A stretch of 64,000 bases of DNA from an uncultured bacterium (GCA_963695335.1 OY968764.1:1243895-1307894), one strand, 5' to 3'. Positions 45,625-55,286 are shown, counted from the first letter of the stretch. Translations and numbers: made by a program. Notes: generated from the sequence alone by a model not told the origin.

Positions 45625-45845
45625 GCCAAATAGGCCATATTCATAACCTATTTGGCTCAAAATTAGCGATCCCCCTAAAAACAGATTAGTAAGACTAGAC
45701 ACATCTTGCATAGATAAAAGCAAATCTTTAAAATTCTTTTGATTAACACGACTCAATCGCTATTAAATAAAAAATTCTGCAATTTGGAAGCAATAATTCC
45801 AAATTGCAGAAAATATAGGTTTGAAGCGATTCAATCACACTATTC
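45625..45845. repeat. structured ~190-220 bp repeat, copy A (two conserved hairpins)
   Basis: Aligns with 55090-55270. Hairpin 1 is gagccaaatagg..cctatttggctc and hairpin 2 is ttctgcaatttgga..tccaaattgcagaa. Copy A has ~50 extra nt in the spacer. Confidence 0.8.
45766..45811 (-). terminator. rho-independent terminator of 45840..46502 (hairpin 2 of the repeat)
   Basis: 14-bp stem followed by a T-run on the minus strand. Confidence 0.7.
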
Positions 45846-46502
45846 TTTGTTCTTATTGTATTCTTCAAAAAGAGCACGCTGCTTGATATAACAATCTTTT
45901 TTATGCCGCAAAAGCCCCGCTATTTTCTTACATTGCTCAGCGGTGATCTTGTCATGAGCCCACAACAATTTTCCTTCTTCTTCCTTGCTCTGCAATTTTT
46001 GTAAACCTGCGTTTACAGTCATTACAAAATGATGCTCCTGATTAGCATCAGAGAAAAGTTCAACTCTTTTTTTCTGAGCATCATACAGGTCAAGATACTT
46101 ACAACAACGTGGATTGCTACATGGGATTTTTTTAATATATGCAAAAGAACACTCATCACTACCAATTTCTGCAATATCATAATAAAGTTTTTCAGCCCTA
46201 AAAGCTTTTGGGTCACGTACATACTTATACGTTTTATGCACACCTTTACATGCACCACCAATAATATAACATCCAGCAACAGTTGCAACTTGCCCTAGAG
46301 CATAACCGAGAGGCAAAATGAACATTGCTGCAGCAACAATTTCACCAGCCTCATCAAAATTTCTTTTTTGTATCATAGGACTTGTTACATTGACCCGATG
46401 TACAGATTTTGGCATCCGCTTGGTAACCAACTGCATTGCAGATACTTCTGATGCAATGATCATTGATACGCACAATCCAAAAAAAATAGTCTTACCATCC
46501 AT
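45840..46502 (-). CDS. leader-bearing Cys-motif protein, paralog family member
   Basis: MDGKTIFFGLCVSMIIASEVSAMQLVTKR parallels 47370..48332. CSNPRCCKYLD motif. Confidence 0.6.
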   Translation of the reverse strand: MDGKTIFFGLCVSMIIASEVSAMQLVTKRMPKSVHRVNVTSPMIQKRNFDEAGEIVAAAMFILPLGYALGQVATVAGCYIIGGACKGVHKTYKYVRDPKAFRAEKLYYDIAEIGSDECSFAYIKKIPCSNPRCCKYLDLYDAQKKRVELFSDANQEHHFVMTVNAGLQKLQSKEEEGKLLWAHDKITAEQCKKIAGLLRHKKDCYIKQRALFEEYNKNKE

Positions 46503-46507
46503 CTGCT

Positions 46508-47335
46508 TTACTCTCTTGTTTGATTCTTGCCACAGTGCAATAACTTATACTCTTCATCGATACGGCTTAATTTATATGACACAGTACGATTGCCTACCAG
46601 AGCGTTTCTATAATCTATTTTTGCCTGCTCATCAACTATCGCATCTTTATATTCTTTCTCATTTTCATACCATTCACTAATATCATCTCGGATCTCACGA
46701 ATTTGTTTGATTTTAGATGTCATTTTAAAATGATCTTCTTTCCAAGTATCAAAGCTATCTTCTAAAATAACTTGTGCCTGATTAAACAAACATGCATTTA
46801 TATTAGAAATCATCGAATATAATACTAAACGCTTTGACCTATCTGCATTACAAAATTCATTCAATATAACTCTATACTGTATTAAATCTATATATAAGTC
46901 TTTAATATCTTCCAAATATGCAACTCTACCTTTTTTTTCAACATTCTCCAAAAATCTCTGCCTTATTGCATGTGATCTTCGCGCTGCTTGTATATTTTTT
47001 TGCATTCCTAACAACAATGCTCCACCGCAACATATAGGTGAATTACATGCATCTGCTTTGAGAATTCGCTCAGCAAGAAAATTTTCACATTTCTTTGCAC
47101 CTAATTCTTTAATGTCTTCATACATTTCTGCTAAATCTTTTGACGTATATAGTGCATCTGAATAAAAACTAACACTATCTTTACCTACTCGAATATCAAA
47201 AGGCCTACTATTATTTCTTTGTTGAATTTTACAAAAAACATTCGACATGCGCTTAGTTTTGACTATCATCGCATGTGTCACCGACACAAACATCACTGAT
47301 GCACTCAATACAAAAAATATATTCTTACATTTCAT
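46508..47335 (-). CDS. leader-bearing Cys-motif protein, divergent paralog
   Basis: MKCKNIFFVLSASVMFVSVTHAMIVKTKR, CNSPICCGG. Same RBS context (aaggagcagcagATG) as the next gene. Confidence 0.55.
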   Translation of the reverse strand: MKCKNIFFVLSASVMFVSVTHAMIVKTKRMSNVFCKIQQRNNSRPFDIRVGKDSVSFYSDALYTSKDLAEMYEDIKELGAKKCENFLAERILKADACNSPICCGGALLLGMQKNIQAARRSHAIRQRFLENVEKKGRVAYLEDIKDLYIDLIQYRVILNEFCNADRSKRLVLYSMISNINACLFNQAQVILEDSFDTWKEDHFKMTSKIKQIREIRDDISEWYENEKEYKDAIVDEQAKIDYRNALVGNRTVSYKLSRIDEEYKLLHCGKNQTRE

Positions 47336-47369
47336 CTGCTGCTCCTTAAAAAATTAAAAACTTTTCCAT

Positions 47370-48332
47370 TTATTCAATACTACTATGGCTACTTGAAGAA
47401 CTATCCGAAGAAAAACTACTATCCCTATATGATTGCGAAGAATAACTCTCCATATTTGACATATACGATGAACTTGATGAACTATCAGAATGGGCAGTTG
47501 CACTATCACAAATTTGCTTTGCCACATATGCATGCATCATCAACATATTTAAATCGCGCGCAGGATCGTCATTTCTACGGCCATCGTCAGCTTTATCTTG
47601 TTGCCGTGGTGTATGTTGTTGTAGATTACACTCTTGATTATGTTGCTGCTGATTATCATATCGCTGCGTCTTTGGGACCATCAAAGTAATAGATTTAATC
47701 TTCTCACAATATTCTTTATCGCTCTGTTTTTTTGCTTCAGCACTATCAAAAAATTCATCAGAAAGAGCTATCTGTTTTATATGACAATCTTTTTTATGCT
47801 CAAGAAGACCCATAATTTTTTGATATCCTTCAATATAAATTTTATCTTGAGCAAGTAATTGCTTTGCTTCTTCTTCTTTATTATGCAATTTTTGTAAACC
47901 ATCTTTTACCCGTACTAAAAAATCACGTCCCTGATTAATGTCACAAAAAAGTTCAGGTCTTTTTTCATAAGCAAAGAGTGGGTGAAGATTCTTACAACAT
48001 TGTGGGTTTTTACACACCTCTTTTTTGATATAAACATTGGAACATCTCTCGCTACCAATGCCTGCAACTTCATTATGTAACCTGTTAGCTGTAATTATCA
48101 TCTTAGTAATTGGGCAAGTATTTAGAGCTTCTTCTATACAACAAATAGCCACAGGAACACCAACAAACCATATTAATGCTCCAAAACTTCCCCTTTTTTG
48201 CACCAGGGGACTCATGCTATTCACCCGATACATAGTTTTTGGTATTCGTCTTCTAACCAATTGCATTGCAGATATTTCTGATGCAATCATCATTGATGCA
48301 CACAAACCAAAAAATATATTCTTACCATTCAT
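47370..48332 (-). CDS. leader-bearing Cys-motif protein with a Ser-rich C-terminal tail
   Basis: MNGKNIFFGLCASMMIASEISAMQLVRRR, CKNPQCCKNLH, tail DSSSSSSYMSNMESYSSQSYRDSSFSSDSSSSSHSS. Start at ATG 48332 with AGGAG upstream. Confidence 0.6.
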   Translation of the reverse strand: MNGKNIFFGLCASMMIASEISAMQLVRRRIPKTMYRVNSMSPLVQKRGSFGALIWFVGVPVAICCIEEALNTCPITKMIITANRLHNEVAGIGSERCSNVYIKKEVCKNPQCCKNLHPLFAYEKRPELFCDINQGRDFLVRVKDGLQKLHNKEEEAKQLLAQDKIYIEGYQKIMGLLEHKKDCHIKQIALSDEFFDSAEAKKQSDKEYCEKIKSITLMVPKTQRYDNQQQHNQECNLQQHTPRQQDKADDGRRNDDPARDLNMLMMHAYVAKQICDSATAHSDSSSSSSYMSNMESYSSQSYRDSSFSSDSSSSSHSSIE

Positions 48333-48424
48333 CTGCTGCTCCTTAAAAAAAGTAAAATTTTGCATATCAATATGCTATACTACTAAAAAAATAGAATTTA
48401 TACATCACCTAAAAAGGTATTTTT

Positions 48425-48865
48425 ATGAAACACACAAAACTTATTGCCATATTTTTTGCCACATACCACATTGCATCTTTTTCATCACAACATCAATCAG
48501 CTCCTGCATTACAAACAATAATGAATAAAATAGTTATGATTCAGCGTGAAAACGCTGAAAATAACCATCAAAGAATCGTAGAGTACTACAATCAATTTCC
48601 AAAAGTATCACAAGAAGAGATTAATAGATGGGTAGCGAAAAAAGAACGTGAGATTAAAGAGAATCAAGCACAATATAAAAAAGAACAAGAACAACAAGAA
48701 ATCCGATGGCTTCTGAAATATAACCGCAAAAATAGGCATCAGCGCAGCCCTTATCACAAAGCAATCAAAAAAGATCTCCAAAACGATCACCGGAATAGAT
48801 ATAACCCACACATAAAAACAATCGAGTGTTATCCTACTCGATTGTTACTTGAATTAAAAAAATAG
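48425..48865 (+). CDS. small basic secreted protein, function unknown
   Basis: Signal-like LIAIFFATYHIASFS followed by a Lys/Glu/Gln-rich body. Confidence 0.4.
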   Translation: MKHTKLIAIFFATYHIASFSSQHQSAPALQTIMNKIVMIQRENAENNHQRIVEYYNQFPKVSQEEINRWVAKKEREIKENQAQYKKEQEQQEIRWLLKYNRKNRHQRSPYHKAIKKDLQNDHRNRYNPHIKTIECYPTRLLLELKK

Positions 48866-48899
48866 ACTTTTTAAAAAAAATTAAGAGATTATCTAAATC

Positions 48900-49559
48900 T
48901 TATACTTGCCAAAACCATTTCTTCCGAGAAGTTGCTTCAGAAATCATTTGTTTTACTTTTTCAAGTAATTGTTCATCGTGGCATTGTACAGCATCCGCAT
49001 GATGTTCTAATGCACATTCATAAGCTTTATGTCCTAATCGATACAACATATAACCTATTGCGCATCTACCCATAAATTGTAGGATCTTCTTTTTATTTAA
49101 AAGTTGATCTTCTTCTTCTCTCTGGTGATAATCGCGCTGAAATGCTTTAATATATGCTTCTAATGCTGCTTTTTTGTGCTCTACTTTATATTGTAACAAT
49201 GCAAAGATTTTTATTTCCAAAGAAGTGGAATCATCTACAATAATACGAGCAATACGCGGTAACTCATACCAGCAAAAATAATACTTAAATTGTGTAGCAT
49301 CTGAAAATGCACTATAAAACGAATGTGAGTGTGTTACTTTTACGCATTTATCGAGCCATTGTAATAGTTCTTCATGCAATGGCACAACTGATCTTTCTTT
49401 TAATTCCTCTATAAAATCCACTATAACAGTTTTTACATCATAGTTCTGGCCATCAATTTCCCAAAGCCACTTATTATTGATATCAGCGCATACATTAGAT
49501 GATATGCCAAGACTTACACTTACTGCCGCAGCAAAAAATAGGTTTTTTAAAACGACCAA
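48900..49559 (-). CDS. secreted helical protein, function unknown
   Basis: TTG start and a signal-like N-terminus LFFAAAVSVSLGISSNVCA. Confidence 0.4.
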   Translation of the reverse strand: MVVLKNLFFAAAVSVSLGISSNVCADINNKWLWEIDGQNYDVKTVIVDFIEELKERSVVPLHEELLQWLDKCVKVTHSHSFYSAFSDATQFKYYFCWYELPRIARIIVDDSTSLEIKIFALLQYKVEHKKAALEAYIKAFQRDYHQREEEDQLLNKKKILQFMGRCAIGYMLYRLGHKAYECALEHHADAVQCHDEQLLEKVKQMISEATSRKKWFWQV

Positions 49560-49586
49560 TATAATCCCCTAGGTTCTTAAATATGT

Positions 49587-50702
49587 TTATTCACAACGCC
49601 CAGCTTCATGGGCATGATCTCTATCCCACTGGTTAATATACCCTTCCACCATTTGTCGCCGATCAGCAGGAATAGGATGTAGAGGATAAATAATTTCTTT
49701 TATTATCCTACTATTGAGTACTCTCTCTAGCCTACTATCTGATATTTTATTTTTCTTATAATAGTCTGTTTCATGTTCCTTCCAATATTTTGCAAACTCT
49801 TCAAGCTCTAATCGCGATACAGCATGTTCACACGCAAATGTATCCGCAGGTGCCTCAAACCAATGTTTCGATAAAAATCCACCTAAAACAGCATTGGCCA
49901 ATGCTTTTGGTACAATGGCACCAATAGCAGAACCAGATCGCAACATAGTCTTTAAAAATGTTTTTGGTTGCGGTTGAATATTATATAATTTTCTCAATAG
50001 TTTAGTTGCTCCAAAAGATAATGCCTCAACTCCAAGAGGGATTGTTGTGAGAGCATACACATATTTATTACTATCCTCATGAACAATATGACCAAATTCA
50101 TGATTTACAATCATTGATTCTCGAGCGATTTTTGCTTTACATTGAGCAACATTTTGTTTCTCTACATCAATCTGTGATTCTGCAGATTTAATTAATTGGT
50201 TATCAGCACGCGACAAAAGAAAAGATTTAAATATTCCCCTTTTTTCTTTTTGTTGCTTGGCATATTCAAATTCTTTTAAAGCTTGATGAAGTCTTTCTTC
50301 TGCTAGCGGCTGATTGACTAAGGCTTCATGCAATTGATCGCAAACTTCTGAAGAAACTGATACCACACCAATATGTTCATTAGCACGAGCATGAGCATGA
50401 CGTGAATTCTTATGAGTCACTAAGAATATAGGTTTAGAATGAGGCATATTTGCTTGTTTTTTTTGACCTTCAAACCAATCATTAAGAGCTGGTTGCGTGG
50501 GCAACTCTTCATCAAAATCCAATACATTTACTTTTTCTAATGCTTTTTTATAGTTCTTAGAATGATACAATCCAAGAGTTGGCAACGTTGTTACGCCAAC
50601 AAAACGAGCTAATTTAAAGACTTTTCCACCCATGGCAAAAGATGGGATCATAAACGTAAAAAGCAGCATTAGAGCTGCATATTGTAAATAACTTTTATTC
50701 AT
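49587..50702 (-). CDS. putative zinc metalloprotease (HExxH, M48-like)
   Basis: NHEFGHIVHED, with a downstream WFEAPADTFACEHA (E..AD) as in M48 peptidases. N-terminal TM segment. Confidence 0.55.
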   Translation of the reverse strand: MNKSYLQYAALMLLFTFMIPSFAMGGKVFKLARFVGVTTLPTLGLYHSKNYKKALEKVNVLDFDEELPTQPALNDWFEGQKKQANMPHSKPIFLVTHKNSRHAHARANEHIGVVSVSSEVCDQLHEALVNQPLAEERLHQALKEFEYAKQQKEKRGIFKSFLLSRADNQLIKSAESQIDVEKQNVAQCKAKIARESMIVNHEFGHIVHEDSNKYVYALTTIPLGVEALSFGATKLLRKLYNIQPQPKTFLKTMLRSGSAIGAIVPKALANAVLGGFLSKHWFEAPADTFACEHAVSRLELEEFAKYWKEHETDYYKKNKISDSRLERVLNSRIIKEIIYPLHPIPADRRQMVEGYINQWDRDHAHEAGRCE

Positions 50703-50860
50703 AACGTTCCTGATTGATAATTTTTTAACCTTTGGTTATATACTATACAGCATACATTTTTTACAAAAATTATCAATTTGAAACATCAAAAACTCCTAAA
50801 AAAATCCCTTCTAAAAATTAATCTAGAAGGGCAATAAATGCTGCTCAAGACTTTTATTAT

Positions 50861-52135
50861 TTACTTTTGTGTCTCAATAAAAGGATTTACTCCACCATGC
50901 TTCCTTATTATTGCCTTATTTATTAAAGACAAAATTTCTGCATCTGATGTAATTGAAGGTTGCGGAAAACGTGTTGCTGCAGATTGTATTGCTGCTGCAT
51001 ACCCCTCTGGATAAATAATCTTTATAGCATTATTACGTGGCGTTACACCAAATTTATTGACAAACTCTGGGTCTGCTCCTGCATCAAGAAGTTCTTTAAT
51101 CATTAATTTATTTTTTGTATTAATTGCAGCCGAAAGAGCTGTAGTTCCTTTCTTATTCTGTTGATCTATTGCGATATAAGGATTATTTAAAAGACATTTG
51201 ACTGCTTCCATGTGGCCCTCATCCACAGCAAATAATAATGCTGTATCTCCATACATAGGAGTATCTTTATTAACATCTGCTCCATACTCAAGAAGTATAG
51301 TAATCATAGGGCAGTTATTGTCTTGTGCTGCATGCATAAGAGCTGTTAGTCCACCATTGCTTGGCTGATCTATCTTAATTCGAGGGTTACTTAAAAGACA
51401 TTTAACTGCTTCCATATGTCCTTGAGCAACAGCAAGTGCTAATACTGGGATTCCAGACTCTAAAACAATTTTATTAATATCTGCTCCATGCTCAAGAAGT
51501 ATAGTAATCATAGGACAATTGTTGTAAAACACTGCAAGCGAAAGAGCTGTGCCCCCATCAGTACCTACTTGATCTATCTTAATTTGCGGATTACTTAAAA
51601 GACATTTAACCGCTTCCATATGTCCTTCAGCAACAGCAAACCGCAATGCTGTCGTTCCTTTCGTATTACCTTTATTGATATCTGCCCCATGCTCAAGCAA
51701 TATATTAATAACAGGACAATGATTTTCTTGTGCCGCAAACATAAGGGCTGTACTCCCAAAACTATCTTGTTGGTCTACCTTAATGTGAGGATTATCTAAA
51801 AGACATTGAACTGCTTCTATATGCCCCTTTTGAGCAGCAAATATTAATGCTGTCCTCCCATCAGAATCAATTACGTTAACATCAATTCCATCATCAAGAA
51901 GTTTTGTAATTGTAGAGCAATCATTTTCCTTTGCTGCGTTCAAGAAGGCATCACTTTGTCCTCCTTGAATATATTTTTTATATGCTAAATAACCACCCCC
52001 AATAGCCGCTCCGATAAGTGCAATCAATCCTATTTTTTTTGCGGTACTTGATTCTTCTTCCATGCCATAATTATGATATGGTGTAATTATCAGCAAAAAT
52101 GCAGTGATCATGCTCAATTTTTTTGTACAATCCAT
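50861..52135 (-). CDS. ankyrin-repeat protein (about 9 repeats) with leader/TM
   Basis: Repeated DGRTALIFAAQKGHIEAVQCLL, GSTALMFAAQENHCPVINILLEHGADIN and similar units. Leader ..PYHNYGME followed by a second hydrophobic segment. Confidence 0.9.
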   Translation of the reverse strand: MDCTKKLSMITAFLLIITPYHNYGMEEESSTAKKIGLIALIGAAIGGGYLAYKKYIQGGQSDAFLNAAKENDCSTITKLLDDGIDVNVIDSDGRTALIFAAQKGHIEAVQCLLDNPHIKVDQQDSFGSTALMFAAQENHCPVINILLEHGADINKGNTKGTTALRFAVAEGHMEAVKCLLSNPQIKIDQVGTDGGTALSLAVFYNNCPMITILLEHGADINKIVLESGIPVLALAVAQGHMEAVKCLLSNPRIKIDQPSNGGLTALMHAAQDNNCPMITILLEYGADVNKDTPMYGDTALLFAVDEGHMEAVKCLLNNPYIAIDQQNKKGTTALSAAINTKNKLMIKELLDAGADPEFVNKFGVTPRNNAIKIIYPEGYAAAIQSAATRFPQPSITSDAEILSLINKAIIRKHGGVNPFIETQK

Positions 52136-52252
52136 ATATCCCCCTCCCTCTTTTTTTAATTACAACTTCCCTATAGAAATCTTAAACAATAGCATTTCAA
52201 TTAGTCAACACTAAATCATAAAACCTATCAGATAATAGCTTTTTATAATAAT

Positions 52253-52296
52253 AATTCAGCCAAGTAGACCAACTTCTTAGGCTACTTGGCTGAATT
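52253..52296. repeat. 15-bp-stem hairpin related to hairpin 1 of the 190-bp repeat
   Basis: aattcagccaagtag..ctacttggctgaatt shares the AGCCAAGTAG core with 55094-55103. Confidence 0.5.
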
Positions 52297-52332
52297 ATCG
52301 TTTTTATGAATTTTATTTAAAAGGCGTTTTTC

Positions 52333-53514
52333 TTATAATTGGCAGCCATGACTTTTAACTAAATTATACATAATAAAGCGCATAACTCCCGCAGGGATGT
52401 TCTGCATAGTTCCATAAAAATCAATGGTGTAATTTTTTAAAAACCAATATTTAAAAGCAAACGAGCGTTGCTTATCAATAGTATCAACCATCTCTTTGAG
52501 CCAACCTTTTGGCTCTCCTTGTTCCACATCGAATGCGGTTTTTTCCACACCATCATCTTCATGATACCAAAATGGATATTCCATTCGTTTAATGCTAGCA
52601 CGTGTAACACTATCACTATTTACAAAATACTGTAACAACAACCATGCATATTCTTGATCATTATTGCGTGCTGCAATCATAAGGGGAGAAAACTTTTCAA
52701 ACGACTGAGTACAATCTGGATCGGCACCATATGCAAGGAGCGATAGTGCTATAATACAATAATGCACTTTTCTATTTCCATGTTTTCCAAAGCTCCAACA
52801 GCGTTTTTTGGCGATATCCAACAACAAATTATTGTTGATTTTATTTTTGCAATCAGAGCCAACGGCAAGAAGCTGCTCTATTTTTTCAAAATCCATTGTT
52901 TTAAAAGCCAAAGAAAGTAACGTATGTGGACTGTACTTTTCCACCAGTTGTTTAAATTTCATTCCCGTTCTTTTTGGTCTGGTAGTATCTCTGCTTTTAT
53001 ATTTTGCCATTTTATGACTTAACCAACCATGGCTTACTTGATAGCTCGCATTCAAATACCAAGAATCTTGCAAATCTTCTGGTGTAAACTGCCTATCTGC
53101 ATCGGTCACAATATCAAACAACTGATCCATTTTTTGCCGTATAGTAAAAAAAACGCCGCCTTTTGAATTAAGGCAGCGAGCAACTGTTTCATCACACATC
53201 CAACGCTGATGTTGTGCAATACTCTTAATTATTTTTTGGGCACTCTTTTCTTTAGAAAATCTTTCAGAAAAAAACCTATTAACACATGTCACTGTCTGAA
53301 GATCTCTACCAAAGTGGTGTACCACACTATCATTGCAATGATTGTACTTTCTACCACCTGATTGATCTACAATAAAATGATTTTCAGCATACAGCCAGCT
53401 CAGAATCTTTACCAACACTTGATCTCTAACTTTTTCTTCTTGCTGTATCACCAAATCCATACTATGCAATGCAGTAGTAATAATAAACAATGCAAAAACT
53501 ATTTTTTTATGCAT
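52333..53514 (-). CDS. leader + F-box-like protein with C-terminal ANK-like repeat(s)
   Basis: Leader ..ITTALHSMD. RDQVLVKILSWL..CVNRFFSERF is F-box-like. FSPLMIAARNNDQEYAWLLLQY is ANK-like. Confidence 0.55.
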   Translation of the reverse strand: MHKKIVFALFIITTALHSMDLVIQQEEKVRDQVLVKILSWLYAENHFIVDQSGGRKYNHCNDSVVHHFGRDLQTVTCVNRFFSERFSKEKSAQKIIKSIAQHQRWMCDETVARCLNSKGGVFFTIRQKMDQLFDIVTDADRQFTPEDLQDSWYLNASYQVSHGWLSHKMAKYKSRDTTRPKRTGMKFKQLVEKYSPHTLLSLAFKTMDFEKIEQLLAVGSDCKNKINNNLLLDIAKKRCWSFGKHGNRKVHYCIIALSLLAYGADPDCTQSFEKFSPLMIAARNNDQEYAWLLLQYFVNSDSVTRASIKRMEYPFWYHEDDGVEKTAFDVEQGEPKGWLKEMVDTIDKQRSFAFKYWFLKNYTIDFYGTMQNIPAGVMRFIMYNLVKSHGCQL

Positions 53515-53620
53515 GAAGATGAACTCCTTTTAATTCAACAATATATTGCTCGTATCACCTCATATTATGTAGGATCATCAAAAATAATCAAACATCAATC
53601 TTACTAAAAAAGGAAAAATA

Positions 53621-53941
53621 ATGAACAATTCAATACATCATTGCTGCAATTTTATGCAGCATTTTTTAGATGATACAAGAATGCCTCTCATGTATTCACC
53701 TATCTATAAAGAATATGGAATCATTCTTTTAGACCAAGGGAAAGACGAAAAAGATCTATTAGAAAGAGAAATAATTTCCTACTGCCCATGGTGTAGTACA
53801 CATTTACAAACTGATCTACGCGATAAATGGTATGAAATTCTTGAAAAAGAATATCAAATCGATCCGGATGACGAAAAACAAAAAAAATCTATTCCTGCTG
53901 AGTTTTATACTGAAGAATGGTGGAAAAAAAGGGGCTTATAG
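53621..53941 (+). CDS. small conserved Cys-containing protein (possibly a DUF6980-type family)
   Basis: HHCCNFMQHFL..YSPIYKEYGI..ISYCPWCSTHLQTDLRDKWYE resembles a small family I recall. The family name is unverified. Confidence 0.45.
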   Translation: MNNSIHHCCNFMQHFLDDTRMPLMYSPIYKEYGIILLDQGKDEKDLLEREIISYCPWCSTHLQTDLRDKWYEILEKEYQIDPDDEKQKKSIPAEFYTEEWWKKRGL

Positions 53942-53970
53942 CAAATTCCTAAAAATATATACAGTCTCCA

Positions 53971-54078
53971 GCGCTCGTCCTGATGCTTCGTCAAGCTCAG
54001 CAGTAAACACCTGCCTTGAGAACTTGCCATGCCTGCCATAGCCTTGGCGACGGCAGGTTGAAGGATATCTTCGAGCGC
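53971..54078. repeat. family B half-element carrying a ~63-nt internal insertion
   Basis: gcgctcgtcctga[..insert with ctgcc..ggcag hairpin..]gttgaaggatatcttcgagcgc. Confidence 0.7.
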
Positions 54079-54091
54079 ATTAAAAAAAAGG

Positions 54092-54991
54092 ATGATTTCC
54101 ATGTATAGAAAACATTCTCCATTCATTTCTATTATTTGCTCACTTTTAATTGTGGGTGCTTTTTTTTTGATGCAACATTTTTGGTATGCACAAAAAAATA
54201 TTCAATATATTGATTCATATGTTCAAGTAAGCAATATTTTTGCAGAAGCGGATTCAAATACTCTGATTCTTTTCGATGTTGATGAAACACTTATTGAACC
54301 TAGGAGTGTAATATTTAGGCCAAAAACTATTGAAAACAAAGCTAATCTTCCATGGATTATCGATTTAGTATCACGAGTGTATGGCAAAAGTGATAAAACA
54401 GAAGAATATTATGGAAGTATTTGGAAAGTACAAGAGACGCCATTGCTTATAGAGCCTCATATTGTGTCAGTTATTCAATCATTACAAGATCGTGGTGTAA
54501 AGGTTGTGGCTTTAACAGCTTTAAAAACTGGTTCAAGCTACATTATTTCTTCATTGCCAGAATGGCGATATAACAAATTAAAAGAATTAGGAATTGATTT
54601 TGCAAAAATTGGCTTACCAGATATTATCTTTGATGAATTACCAGAAAAAGATGGTAATTATCCTATGTTATATCGTGGTATATTATGTACCAATGGTGTA
54701 TCTAAAGGTGAACTTGCCAGAGCTTTTCTAGATCGAATACAATGGAGACCTGATAAGGTTATTTTTTTTGATGATAATAAAGCTCGGGTTAAAGAAGTTG
54801 AAGAAGCTATGCAAAAACACTCAATTCCTTTCCAAGGGTTTGTGTATCTTGGTGCAGAATATATGCCAGGAGAGCTTAATAAAGAGGTTGCTGAATTTCA
54901 ATTGAATTATCTTGTAGAACATGAAGATTGGATAAGTGATGAGCAAGCTTTATCGCTTCTGAATAATCGTGCGATAGCTTATGAATATTAA
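54092..54991 (+). CDS. HAD-like hydrolase (DUF2608-like), N-terminal TM anchor
   Basis: LILFDVDETLIEP (DxDx motif I), VVALTAL (motif II) and FFDDNKARV (motif IV). Confidence 0.6.
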   Translation: MISMYRKHSPFISIICSLLIVGAFFLMQHFWYAQKNIQYIDSYVQVSNIFAEADSNTLILFDVDETLIEPRSVIFRPKTIENKANLPWIIDLVSRVYGKSDKTEEYYGSIWKVQETPLLIEPHIVSVIQSLQDRGVKVVALTALKTGSSYIISSLPEWRYNKLKELGIDFAKIGLPDIIFDELPEKDGNYPMLYRGILCTNGVSKGELARAFLDRIQWRPDKVIFFDDNKARVKEVEEAMQKHSIPFQGFVYLGAEYMPGELNKEVAEFQLNYLVEHEDWISDEQALSLLNNRAIAYEY

Positions 54992-55022
54992 AATAGTTTT
55001 TGGTTTGAATGTATATTGTAAT

Positions 55023-55061
55023 GCGCTCGAAGATACCCTTCGACAGGCTCAGGGTGAGCGC
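55023..55061. repeat. palindromic element, family B half-copy (inverted relative to 53971-54078)
   Basis: gcgctcgaagatacccttcgacaggctcagggtgagcgc. Confidence 0.85.
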
Positions 55062-55089
55062 CTGAAATATTGTTGTATAAATTAATAAA

Positions 55090-55270
55090 AACTAAGCCAA
55101 GTAGGTCATATTTACAACCTATTTGGCTTAAAACGAGCGATTCATTCTAAAACAGATTCATACTTCAATGACACGACTCAATTGCTATTACAACAAAAAT
55201 TCTGCAATTTGAAACTATTACTTCCAAATTGCAGAAAATATAAATTTAAGTCGATTCAATCGCACTATTC
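55090..55270. repeat. structured ~190 bp repeat, copy B
   Basis: Aligns with 45625-45845. Both hairpins are conserved, with a compensatory outer pair in hairpin 1. Confidence 0.8.
55193..55236 (-). terminator. rho-independent terminator of 55287..55847 (hairpin 2 of the repeat)
   Basis: Stem ttctgcaatttg/caaattgcagaa followed by a T-run on the minus strand. Confidence 0.65.
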
Positions 55271-55286
55271 TCTATTCTTGCCAACC

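Noticed and set aside
48812-48835. The hairpin aatcgagt..actcgatt near the end of 48425..48865 as a terminator.
   Set aside because: It lies inside the coding sequence, before the stop codon, and is not followed by a T-run.
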